Source of the DNA: Ylistrum balloti
Lineage: Eukaryota
Reading direction: 5' to 3'
Assembly (NCBI RefSeq): GCF_031769215.1
Contig: NW_026782443.1
Location: 620,001-684,000, forward strand
Length of the DNA stretch: 64,000 nt
Part shown: positions 11,787 through 23,754 of the stretch, in pieces
Numbering within the stretch: position 1 is the first letter of the stretch
How the letters are laid out: the number at the start of each line of letters is the position of its first letter
Translations under genes and position numbers: made by a program
Notes under the pieces: model-generated
The model's input: only the letters and a program-made list of their open reading frames with translations
Database searches by the model: none
Told to the model about the DNA's origin: nothing

Positions 11787-12299
11787 AATCTGATTTTGAA
11801 CTTCGATGAATGATTTTTAGACGGAAGCCCTTTCGTGGATTTTCAAATAATTGTTGCAGTTTTTATGGTTATAATTTTGTTTAATTCGTTTTTTATCTTA
11901 AATAATGTACAATTAAAATGTGTCTCCAACATCGTCCTATCTTCTTCGATTTTCGTATTAGAAATAAAGTTAAATGTCTAGATAATTGCATGTGTCGGGA
12001 AAGAGAGACTTATATTGCGATTTTTTTCTACAATCAGACCAAAACTTTTATTTCAAAATTGTACAGATTTTTTCTCTTTGTAAGAAATGTTGTGAGTTTG
12101 ATGTTTCAAAGCAATACTTGAAAAAATAGTAATTAATAACTTACAGCATTAGACTTGTTTTGCGAGAGCAATCGGTTTTTACAGACATCCTAGCCTAAAG
12201 AGCCTAAATGAAAGTAAAGTTCACTTGTTCGTTTAAGACAAACCCCATGTGACAAACTTCAACTTCATTGTATTAATGGAACTGCCTCTGTCTCGATGA

Positions 12300-13095
12300 C
12301 TGAGATACAGCATTTCTATAAATTTTGTCGTTTGAGATACTGTAATTCTATAAATGATGTTATTTAAGATACAGTATTTCTATAAATGATGTTATTAAAG
12401 AGACGGTATTTCTATAGATGATGTTGTTTGATATTAATAGAATCTTTCCCTACCTTGAGGGTGTGACGGAGAGGGGTTGGAGATTTCTCTGTTACACCCT
12501 CAAGGTAGGGAATGATTATTTTTCTTCCATCATACTTTTTCTCAGAGAGCCTTAGCTTCGGTGATAATCAGCTTGTAAACAAACAGGTAAAAAATACTGT
12601 TCATGCTTTGCTGCACTAACTATTTCGCCAGTGTCAGTCATGTGGACTTTATACATCATATAAGTTCCTTTAAGGCGAAAAGTGTCAATAATCTTGCCCT
12701 TCCTATCTTCATATCCTATGCTGACAGTGTCTCCTATTTCAAACATGGTTTTGAGCTATTGGTAAATTCGTACATGTGTACTTGTTTATATACATGTAGC
12801 AGACAACTTGTGTAGAAGTAGTTGCGGTTCACTTCCGGTGCACGCGCTATCTGTCATACCCTGGAGGTTGACAGAGCAATTATACCCTAGGGGATGACAG
12901 AGAAATCTTGAACAAGTAAAATTGGTTACAAGCCTGTGGATGGTGGGAGAAATTGTATTTCCATAAATGATATTGTTTGAGATACTGTTTTTCTATACAT
13001 GATGTTGTTTCAAATACAATATCTCCATAAAAGATGTTTAACATACATTTCTGTAAATGATGTTTGAGATACTGTTTTTCTATACATGATGTTGG
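12300..13095. repeat. Degenerate ~31-bp tandem repeat split by an insertion
   Basis: GAGATACTGT(A/T)TTTCTATA(A/C)ATGATGTT units at ~12300-12430 and ~12955-13095. Confidence 0.75.
12431..12950 (-). mobile_element. Non-autonomous element with subterminal hairpins (Crypton-like candidate)
   Basis: 22-bp stem at 12446-12512, second hairpin at 12850-12901, shared inverted ACAGAGAAATCT motif, ETS site and 64-aa ORF inside. Confidence 0.5.
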
Positions 13096-13099
13096 TTGA

Positions 13100-14355
13100 G
13101 ACTGATCCTTTGATCTGGTCCCTGATTCTTCTCTGTGTCTGGTTTGTATGTTATTCAGCGTCCATCTGCTGACTGATCCTTTGATCTGGTCCCTGATTCT
13201 TCTCTATGTCTTGTTTGTATGTTATTCAGCGTCCATCTGCCGACTGATCCTTTGATCTGGTCCCTGATTCTTCTCTGTATATAGTTTGTATGTTATTCAG
13301 CGTCCATCTGCTGACTGATCCATTGATCTGGTCCCTGATTCTTCTCTATGTCTGGTTTGTATGTTATTCAGCGTCCATCTGCCGACTGATCCTTTGATCT
13401 GGTCCCTGATTCTTCTCTGTGTCTGGTTTGTATGTTATTCAGCGTCCATCTGCTGACTGATCCATTGATCTGGTCCCTGATTCTTCTCTATGTCTTGTTT
13501 GTATGTTATTCAGCGTCCATCTGCCGACTGATCCATTGATCTGGTCCCTGATTTTTCTCTGTGTCTGGTTTGTATATTATTCAGCGTCCATCTGCTGACT
13601 GATCCATTGATCTGGTCCCTGATTCTTCTCTATGTCTTGTTTGTATGTTATTCAGCGTCCATCTGCCGACTGATCCTTTGATATGGTCCCTGATTCTTCT
13701 CTATGTCTGGTTTGTATGATAATCAGCGTCCATCTGCCGACTGATCCATTGATCTGGTCCCTGATTCTTCTCTATGTCTTGTTTGTATGTTATTCAGCGT
13801 CCATCTGCCGACTGATCCTTTGATCTGGCCCCTGATTCTTCTCTGTGTCTGGTTTGTATGATATTCGGCGTCCATCTGCCGACTGATCCTTTGATCTGGT
13901 CCCTGATTCTTCTCTGTATATAGTTTGTATGTTATTCAGCGTCCATCTGCCGACTGATCCATTGATCTGGTCCCTGATTCTTCTCTGTATATAGTTTGTA
14001 TGTTATTCAGCGTCCATCTGCCGACTGATCCATTGATCTGGTCCCTGATTCTTCTGTGTGTCTAGTTAGTATGTTATTCAGCGTCCATCTGCCGACTGAT
14101 CCATTGATCTGGTCCCTGATTCTTCTGTGTGTCTAGTTAGTATGTTATTCAGCGTCCATCTGCTGCCTGATTCATTGATCTGGCCCCTGATTCTTCTCTG
14201 TGTCTGGTTTGTATTTTAATCGGCGTCCATCTGCCGACTGATCCTTTGATCTGGTCCCTGATTCTTCTCTGAATCAAGTTTGTATTTTAATCGGCGTCCA
14301 TCTGCCGAGTGATCCTCTGGTTTGTATGTTACTAAGCATCTATCTGCCGACTGAT
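13100..14355. repeat. 71-bp tandem repeat, ~17 copies
   Basis: Unit GACTGATCC(T/A)TTGATCTGGTCCCTGATTCTTCTC...CAGCGTCCATCTGC. Confidence 0.97.
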
Positions 14356-14519
14356 ACTGGGAGCTCCTGGTTGAGTTATTCTAAACGCCTAGAAAAATGG
14401 CAAACATCGACTACACTTGCCATTTAAATCTTGCCACCAAGTAATGTCGAATTTTCAAACGAGAATGAACCAACAAGCAATCTTGTGAGCATCAGACATT
14501 TCCAGTTCCAAATCACACA

Positions 14520-14985
14520 AATAAATATATCCATATTATGACGTAAGACTTGTCCATACTTTTCATCAACCTACACCGACTTCTTGCATGAAAATCGTGG
14601 TCATTGGATCAGGTACTTGCATACCGAATCAACTGCGACATGTAAGGCAATAGGTTGGAGATGCAATGTTGTTATCCGGAAATGGAAATTTCACAATAGA
14701 GACATTGAAATCATCACATTTATCATACAGCTTATTGTAAAGCTACCGGTGTTGATTTCGAGATAAGCGGCTGATGATTAGTATATACGATGGACGTGGT
14801 CAAGAAGTCTCCTGTTATTAAAGACAAGAGGTCTTCACTATACTTGAAAGTGAAAATGTCTTTGATTTTCAATTCTATATTAAAAGTATATACGATGATA
14901 ATGTCAACGTGGTCAAGAAGTCTCCTGTTCAACACATTAAAGACAAGAGGTCTTCACTATACTTGAAAGTGAAAATATCAACACA
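14520..14985 (-). pseudogene. Penelope-like RT relic (motif 5 to C-terminus)
   Basis: IFTFKYSEDLLSL (YxDD degenerate, locally duplicated), KLYDKCDDFNVSIVKFPF, QLIRYA. Confidence 0.8.
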
Positions 14986-14986
14986 C

Positions 14987-16722
14987 GACATCAATGAACT
15001 GTCATTAATCAACAGTCGACATAATTTAGATTTGAAAGTACTATGTCATTAATCAACAGGACATCAATGAACTGTCATTAAGACAACATCAAGTGTATAT
15101 TAAAAGTTGATTAAGACCCCCGACATCAATGAACTGTCATTTATCAAAAGACCCCCGACATCAGTGAACTGTCATTAATCAACAGACCTTTGACATTAAT
15201 GAACTGACATTAATCAACAGACCCCGACATCAATGAACTGTCATTAATCAACAGACCCCTGACATCAATGGACTGTCATTTATCAACAACAGACCCCCGA
15301 CATCAATGGACTGTCATTAATCAACAGACCCCCGACATCAACGAACTGTCATTAATCAACACACCCTTGACATCAATGAACTTTGTCATTAATCAACAGA
15401 CCCTCGACATCAATGAACTTTGTCATTAATCAACAGACCCCCGACATCAGTGAACTGTCATTAATCAACAGACCCTTGACATCAATGAACTGTCATTAAT
15501 CAACACACCCTTGACATCAATGAACTGTCATTAATCAACACACCCTTGACATCAATGAACTGTCATTAATCAACAGACCCTTGACATCAATGAACTGTCA
15601 TTAATCAACAGACCCCCGACATCAATGAACTGTCATTAATCAACAGACCCTCGACATCAATGAACTGTCATTAATCAACAGACCCCCGACATCAATGAAC
15701 TGACATTAATCAACAGACCCTTGACATCAATGAACTGTCATTAATCAACAGACCCCCGACATCAATGAACTATGTCATTAATCAACAGACCCCCGACATC
15801 AATGAACTGACATTAATCAACAGACCCCCGACATCAATGAACTATGTCATTAATCAACAGACCCTCGACATCAATGAACTGACATTAATCAACAGACCCC
15901 CGACATCAATGAACTATGTCATTAATCAACAGACCCCCGACATCAATGAACTATGTCATTAATCAACAGACCCCCGACATCAATGAACTGTCATTTATCA
16001 ACAGACCCCCGACATCAGTGAACTGTCATTAATCAACAGACCCTTGACATCAATGAACTGTCATTAATCAACAGACCCCCGACATCAGTGAACTGTCATT
16101 AATAAACAGACCCCCGACATCAATGAACTGTCATTAATCAACAGCCCCTCGACATCAATGGACTGTCATTTATCAACAACAGACCCCCGACATCAATGGA
16201 CTGTCATTTATCAACAACAGACCCTTGACATCAATGGACTGTCATTAATCAACAGACCCCCGACATCAACGAACTGTCATTAATCAACACACCCTTGACA
16301 TCAATGAACTGTCATTAATCAACAGACCCCCGACATCAATGGACTGTCATTAATCAACAGACCCTTGACATCAATGAACTGTCATTAATCAACAGACCCC
16401 CGACATCAATGAACTGTCATTAATCAACACACCCTTGACATCAATGAACTGTCATTAATCAACACACCCTTGACATCAATGAACTGTCATTAATCAACAC
16501 ACCCTTGACATCAATGAACTGTCATTAATCAACACACCCTTGACATCAATGAACTGTCATTAATCAACACACCCTTGACATCAATGAACTGTCATTAATC
16601 AACACACCCTTGACATCAATGAACTGTCATTAATCAACACACCCTTGACATCAATGAACTGTCATTAATCAACAGACCCTTGACATCAATGAACTGTCAT
16701 TAATCAACACACCCTCGACATC
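14987..16722. repeat. 35-bp tandem repeat, ~48 copies
   Basis: Unit GACATCAATGAACTGTCATTAATCAACAGACCCCC. Confidence 0.97.
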
Positions 16723-16749
16723 ACTCTTTTCCAGCGACTATGTTTCCAT

Positions 16750-17160
16750 TTCTTCTACCCCTCCTTACGTAAGGGTTAGGGTTAGTAATCATTTGTCAGT
16801 ATGTATGTTCGTCCGTCCGTGCATTCCTACGTGCGTCCGATCAGATAACCAAGGTCTACACCTCGTTGAGTTTTAATCGTCATCGCTTAAGGTTAAAGGT
16901 CAAAGATTACCATTGACCTCTCTTTTAAATAATATGCTATTGTTAAAGATATCTCCTGAAATTCTACACCGTTTTCATATACACAACATAGTTCCGAATA
17001 TGATCATACTGGTCATCGATGCATATTAAAGGTCACTGCTGACCACCTTTGAAATAAAAATTTGTTAATAGAATATTACATAAAGGCCTGAATAGGTCAA
17101 CCTCTCAAAAGATTCAGATCAGAAATAAAAGATGAAGGTCGGCGAATATATTTATATGAG
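16750..17160. mobile_element. Helentron-type non-autonomous element
   Basis: T-rich start, subterminal hairpin, (GTCC) microsatellite, TGACC-rich body. Confidence 0.5.
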
Positions 17161-18131
17161 TCCCTACACGCTTTGTTTTTATTATGAAAAAGAAAAAACA
17201 TGTTTAATTTAACAAACCTCATAAACTTTACGATTTGTTTTCCTAATGTTTTACTTGATTAAGGCGTCGAAATATACACTTTTACTCAAAACTACTACAA
17301 CTGTTCACAAAACATTTTGTAATGGCTAATTGTACTGTAGTTTCGTAGATTCCATGGTAGAAGGTCACACAGGTAGAACATTACACATTAAACAACACAT
17401 TTCTTTGTTAACCCTCAGTCTGCATGACTAAAATATCAACAATTATAAGTATATACCAGCTTTCCAGCATGCTCGCTAACCCGAAACAATAGCTTACTGA
17501 TGTTGGTAGGTTTGTAATTACCTCTAGTGCAGCAGTAAACAAACGCATGCCTGAAGGATGTGTATGTGTGTATTCTACTTACAATTTATCCGTCATAGGT
17601 CGATGTAGGTGCGTTATTTTCAACAGAAAGTAAACTTTAAAACAGTGTCTAGATGTCAAAATAATACAGACTAAATAGAAACCAACCTTTGTTCAGTATA
17701 GATTCGTCAACAATTAACTCGCTGCTTTACAGGTATTTTCTTGGTAGAATTTTATTTTTAATGTTTTTATTTATCTTTTTCTGTTTTTTTGTTTGTTTTT
17801 CGTTACTGTTGTTGCAAAGAATGAATCAACTTTTTTAAGCATTTAAAATAGCACTGTGTAAAATAAAAGAAGAGAACTACATACACATTCGTGTCTATAT
17901 GAATGAGATGCAGATATACTATTTCATGTACAGTTTTGGGCATATACTTATAAACGTACACAGCTGCCATACTTTTACTATTGAATAGAACCAGAGTAGT
18001 AGAAAATACTTTTGATTTAAAGTTTTCCCCTCCAGCGACTCTTTAAGTTTATAGCTATACAGGCCCAGTAGAGCGATACATTAAACACGGTCTGGTACGT
18101 AGTATGTGAAGACTCTCTATATGGCACAAGA

Positions 18132-18776
18132 GTCAGAGAGCTAAGATAAGAGTTTGAGCAGTATAAAATCACAGAGTCCGGAGAGCTAATATAAGCGCTA
18201 AGGCAGTATAAAATCACTGAGTCCGGAGAGCTAAGATAAGCGTTAAGGTAGTATAAAATCACTGAGTCCGGAGAGCTAAGATAAGCGTTAAGGCAGTATA
18301 AAATCACAGAGTCCGGAGAGTTAAGATAAGCTCAGTATAAAATCACTGAGTCCGGAGAGCTAAGATAAGCGTTAAAGCAGTATAAAATCACTGAGTCCGG
18401 AGAGATAAGATAAGCTCAGTATAAAATCACTGAGTCCGGAGAGCTAAGATAAGCGTTAAAGCAGTATAAAATCACCGAGACCGGAGAGATAAGATAAGAG
18501 TTTGAGCAGTATAAAATCACTGAGTCCGGAGAGCTAAGATAAGCGTTAAGGCAGTATAAAATCACTGAGTCCGGAGAGCTAAGATAAGCGTTAAGGCAGT
18601 ATAAAATCACTGAGTCCGGAGAGTTAAGATAAGCGCAGTATTAAATCACTGAGTCCGGAGAGCTAAGATAAGCGCTAAGGCAGTATAAAATCACTGAGTC
18701 CGGAGAGCTAAGATAAGCGTTAAGGCAGTATAAAATCACTGAGTCCGGAGAGCTAAGATAAGCGTTAAGCCAGTAC
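18132..18776. repeat. 45-bp tandem repeat, ~14 copies
   Basis: Unit CAGTATAAAATCACTGAGTCCGGAGAGCTAAGATAAGCGTTAAGG. Confidence 0.97.
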
Positions 18777-19175
18777 AGGAGCCTTGTTTTTGTATCAATG
18801 TTTCAGTAATGTGATCCAGATTCATGTATATTTCTCCCGTTTTAACAATGACTATAGTGTTGTGTGTAGCAAAATGAGTAGTAAAAATATAATATAGATC
18901 AAAAATTAAAGTACAATAGGTATCTTTTGTAACTCATGTAACCACACGTGTCAGATTTTATTATACAATATGTGTGACATTCAAAAATACTCTCAATTCC
19001 AAATTACTGTGTTCAGGAATCAACCGAAAATCTTAAATTAGTTCCTAAGTTTTCTGCTATATTGTTTTTCGTTATCTAATTACGAAGCTGTTGTTGTTTA
19101 CTGCGTAACTACAGATAACATCTTCATTCCTTAGGATATTGAGAAGCGGATTTTTGTCTTATTACGTAATAATTG

Positions 19176-19766
19176 CAGCTGGTGTAGATTTCCTCGACGT
19201 AATCCGCGAAAATATTGATACTAATTACAAGTTATCAAAGTAACACAAGCACATCCCAACCCAATGGTCATCTGCATCAGCTGGGGACCTGGAAACTCTC
19301 TGCCAAGTGTTCTAACGACCAGCTGTGAGTCGTCTGTAGCCATGTACACAGTCGACCTGACCAGCTGAGTTTATTTACACATGAACTGGATAAGTTATAA
19401 GTATACACCTCTGTCACACACGGTGCAGTAGTGCGGAAACTACCGCCGAAACAGAAGCCCTGTGTGCTCTTCATCATTAATGTGGGTGTGTACTTACTTC
19501 TGGCACCTCGTCAAAACACTCGTCTTTTTTTCTTCTGAATAGCATCGCCATTACAAAACGAACAAAACACAGAAGGGGCTTAGTGATTATGTGTGGAAAA
19601 TATTCAAGTCAGTTGTAAAGGAATAGTTTCATATATACATCACCGGGAGGTATTTCTGAGGTATATTTAAGATATCTCAGCATAGAGCCTTATATCTTCA
19701 CATGATACACAGACGATACCAGCACGTGTAAAATCCATCTAAACACTCGGCCGGTAAATGCACGTG
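19176..19766. promoter_or_regulatory. E-box cluster upstream of the KY-like ORF
   Basis: CAGCTG at 19176, 19278, 19320, 19362; CACGTG at 19723, 19761. Confidence 0.4.
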
Positions 19767-19897
19767 AACAACAAACATTTCATGATATGCGCAGTTATAT
19801 CTAACTTTTTGAGGCACATACAAGTCTAAAACACGAGAAGATTTATTACGAGATTTTGTGTCAATTGTTCTGTGTATCATCGCCTTCATTACGAAAA

Positions 19898-20575
19898 ATG
19901 GCAGGGGCTGTGGAACTTCCTAGACTGACCGAGGGCTATCTTGGACCTCAGGCCAAATTCTTCCCCTACGGTCTGACTACCTTGACCCATCCGGAACCGG
20001 TCATCCATTCCGATTCCAACAGAATTGAGATTATCATCGGGACATGTGAAAAGATGCGATGCATGACGAAACTGCTCGGGGTGAATCCTAAAGGAGAGTG
20101 TAACCAGTTTGTGTTTACACAAACTGATGATGCAGGGTTCCATTTTATTATTGCAGTACCCAGAACTGGATTTTTTAAGTTACAGATATATGCCCTGCCA
20201 AATAATGAGGCTGGACCGAATATGATAAACGTTTACAATTATTTACTGAATATCCAGCAGATAGATAACTACGTGGAATCGTTTCCGAAGCAGTACCCAC
20301 TCTGGAAACAGGAGGGCTGTTACCTGTACGAACCTTTCATGATCATGAAGGGCAATCGTGACCCTGTCAAGTTCCGTTACTTGATACCACGTGCTGTAAA
20401 CGTGCAGATGAAGGTTGGGGAGGATTGGAATGAACTGGAGAAGGTGGACGACAGCGGTATTTATGAGGGTGTCGTTGACTTTAGTCAAGGCTATCCTGCA
20501 GGCACAAAGGTCAGACTTAATGTGAAATCGGGACGGAGTCACAAATATGACATTCTTCTGGAGTACACTATTTGA
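19898..20575 (+). CDS. KY (kyphoscoliosis peptidase)/Hillarin-like protein, C-terminal repeat domains only, 225 aa, single exon
   Basis: AAAAATGG start context; YGLTTLTHPEPVI, PRTGFFKLQIYA, FPKQYPLW..GCYLYEP, YDILLEY motifs; AATAAA at 20664. Confidence 0.85.
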   Translation: MAGAVELPRLTEGYLGPQAKFFPYGLTTLTHPEPVIHSDSNRIEIIIGTCEKMRCMTKLLGVNPKGECNQFVFTQTDDAGFHFIIAVPRTGFFKLQIYALPNNEAGPNMINVYNYLLNIQQIDNYVESFPKQYPLWKQEGCYLYEPFMIMKGNRDPVKFRYLIPRAVNVQMKVGEDWNELEKVDDSGIYEGVVDFSQGYPAGTKVRLNVKSGRSHKYDILLEYTI

Positions 20576-22131
20576 GATTTGAAATGGTTTTTGGGACGTA
20601 CATTGTATAATACAGATATTTTAACTATATACATCCTTGTCAGGTTGGACGACTATCAGTGCTAATAAAAGTGCAAAAATGCACGTGCATGCTTGACGTC
20701 AAAACGGATTATGGAGTGCATAGACGATGTTGGCTTTATTACACACATTTTCTCGTGAAATAGAGCTCGGAATCTGTTCAGAAGGAATTCTGACGCCCCT
20801 GTACATAACACAGGTAGATATCCAGTCTTCCCTATCTCTGGTGCCACTACAATATATGACTTTTTCACTGTCTGTGTGTCACCTGTTTTCGGCATGACTC
20901 GCGATCTAAATTTTGTATAAAGAGCAGCTGCGTGACGAGTTATTTATCGATAAGCCTTTGGATGTCTTGGTTAAGCCTCAAAGAGTTTGCACATACATTT
21001 TCAGAATAAAAGTAATGACAATTATTAGGTTTTGAGTTTCTATCCGCTTTCCTGTATTTATGCTGAGTATTCTCGTGTCAGTATGAGTTCCATGTAGCGA
21101 TTTTTTCCTTTGATTTGTATATTTATATATTTCGCTGTACCACTGGAAAGTTTTAAGTGTTAACAACCAACACACGTCGGTGAAACTGGTTGATGTTTGG
21201 ATTTACGGACAGTTGGCGACACAAGTACAGCTCATAGTTTACGTGAATATTCTGTTATTGCAAATTACGTGCAGACTGGCATCACTGACACATCTGTTAA
21301 TTTGTCGAATGCTTGTATAAATTATATAGATATCAGTTTGTGTTTTTTAGTTTATCGATCAATGAGTTGTTTTAAAAATATGTAAAACATGATGAATGAG
21401 TTCCATTTTGTGTCTAAGTGACATATAAACAGGTCTATTGTATTTTAATGACCTAACGACACTGGTTATATTCTGGCAAGCATTTAAGGGGAAACAATTT
21501 GTGAATAAGTTTTCAAATAAGCACTTTGTTAATATCAAGCTTCATGTATGTACAAAAGGCAGCTTAATATATACTTTTGGCATTGAATTGCAGTCATAAC
21601 TAATATGAATGTCACATAAATTGTCATCAGGAGTATATCAAAATTATTCTGCAATGCTTGTATACATTTTGAATTCTGTATTTAGTTCATATGACTCTTT
21701 GACAGGTAAACCAGACAATTTCAATACGTCATATGCAGCTATTGAGGACATACCGCGGCGCGCATGCGCGGATTTCTCGCTCCGAGTAAACGGTATTTTT
21801 ACTATAGATTATATAGTGCCATTTCAGAAAAATATTAATATATCGTTTTGTAGATAAAAAGTCCAAAATATATGCCTCTAATCAGTAAATATAAACTTTC
21901 TTCGTCTGTTCGTTACAAATATATATTTTTTTTCAAATTTTTAGATGAAAATTTGTGTCATTTTTTAGTTGAAACTTACACATGATTATCCTACTTAGTC
22001 TTACCAAATTTTAATGTGAAAACAAAGCAACAATACGAAAAAAAAATCTTTAAATGTAGGCCTTACCGGGTGTTCTTTTTTAAGAATATGATAACACAAC
22101 TACAAAATGTCGGCCATGGGTTTCTAAAGGC

Positions 22132-23750
22132 GATACTAGACTTATGATAGAAGTAATTGTGATGCTGTGGTAACCTCGGGTCTCTATAGACGATACTAGA
22201 CAAATGATAGAAGTAGTTGTGATGCCGTGGTAACCACGGGCCTCTATAGATGATACTAGACTTATGATAGAAGTAGCTGTGATGCCGTGGTTACCACGGG
22301 TCTCTATAGACGATACTAGACTTATGATAGAAGTAGCTGTGATGCCGTGGTTACCACGGGTCTCTATAGACGATACTAGACTTATGATAGAAGTAGTTGT
22401 GATGCCGTGGTAACCACGGGCCTCTATAGATGATACTAGACTTATGATAGAAGTAGCTGTGATGCTGTGGCAACCTCAGGTCCCTAGTTTTGTTGCCGTG
22501 GTAACCTCGGATCTATGTAGACAATACTTTAAGAAGAGGGATGTAGATGCCATACTGTTGTCTCCAGAATCTGTGGAATTGTGAATACGACTGCAGTCGA
22601 CTGAAAGATACATGTATATAATCGTGTACCTACAAACATACAGCTGTTCCTGTGCATTAAAAGTTCGTGGCTTCATGGAAAAACGGACTGGATTTGGATT
22701 CAGAAGACTCATACATGTACATCTGTTTTGTTATCAGAACCAGTTTCTAAAAACTACATTGTAGAAAAATACAGTATATATGTAACGACTCTGAAGGTGA
22801 CTGACTATTTTGATAGATATGTTTGGATACGTCTCTATACAAGTATTGGTCACACCATTACTCAGAAGTATTGGTCACACCATCAGTCAAAGGTATTTGT
22901 CACACTATTAGTCACAGGTATTTGTCACACCATCAGTCACAGGTATTGGTCACACCATCAGTCACAGATATTGGTCACACCATCAGTCAGAAGTATTGGT
23001 CACACCATCAGTCAAAGGTATTTGTCACACTATTAGTCACAGGTATTTGTCACACCATCAGTCACAGGTATTGGTTACCACGGGTCTCTATAGTCGATAC
23101 TAGACTTATGATAGAAGTAGTTGTGATGTCGTGGTTACCACGGGTCTCTATAGACGATACCAGACTTATGATAGAAGTAGTTGTGATGTCGTGGTTACCA
23201 CGGGTCTCTATAGACGATACCAGACTTATGATAGAAGTAATTGTGATGCTGTGGTAACCTCAGGTCCCTAGTTTGGTGCCGTGGTAACCTCGGATCCATG
23301 TAAACAATACTTTAAGAAGAGGGATGTAGATGCCATACTGTTGTCTCCAGAATCTGTGGAATTGTGAATACGACTGCAGTCGACTGATAGATACATGTAT
23401 ATAATCGTGTACCTACAAACATACAGCTGTTCCTGTGTATTACAATTTCGTGGCTTCATGGAAAAACGGACTGGATTTGGATTCAGAAGACATGTACATC
23501 TGTTTTGTTATCAGAACCAGTTTCTAAAAACTACATTGTAGAAAAATACGGTATGTATGTAACGACTCTGAAGGTGACTGACTATTTTGATAGATATGTT
23601 TGGATAAGTCTATATACAAGTATTGGTCACACCATCAGTCACAGATATTGGTCACACCATTAGTCAGAAGTATTGGTCACACCATCAGTCACAGGTATTT
23701 GTCACAACATCAGTCACAGGTATTTGTCACAACATCAGCCACAGGTATTG
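22132..23750. repeat. Compound duplication: 60-bp array / ~365-bp unique block / 25-bp array, present twice
   Basis: 60-bp arrays 22132-22475 and 23073-23258; unique blocks 22476-22843 and 23259-23620; 25-bp arrays 22844-23072 and 23621-23750. Confidence 0.9.
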
Positions 23751-23754
23751 GATA

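Noticed and set aside
10101-16722. 35-bp direct repeats as CRISPR arrays
   Set aside because: Head-to-tail units with no unique spacers, in a eukaryotic context.
17522-17600. Minus-strand donor/acceptor/donor signals
   Set aside because: The implied intron is only 32 nt, and the 29-nt exon hits a stop in the phase needed to follow the 19498 exon.
18036-18094. Plus-strand exon-like segment with a strong acceptor and GTACGT donor
   Set aside because: Stops in all three frames and no partner splice site; at most a UTR exon.
20662-20895. 77-aa minus-strand ORF with a nearby DRE (TATCGATA at 20945)
   Set aside because: No recognisable domain; overlaps the KY-like 3' region; a single motif is insufficient.
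21485-22085. Kolobok-like element with an NRF1 palindrome GCGCATGCGC (21760-21769)
   Set aside because: TTAA-flanked ends do not form a convincing TIR; one motif alone does not define a promoter.
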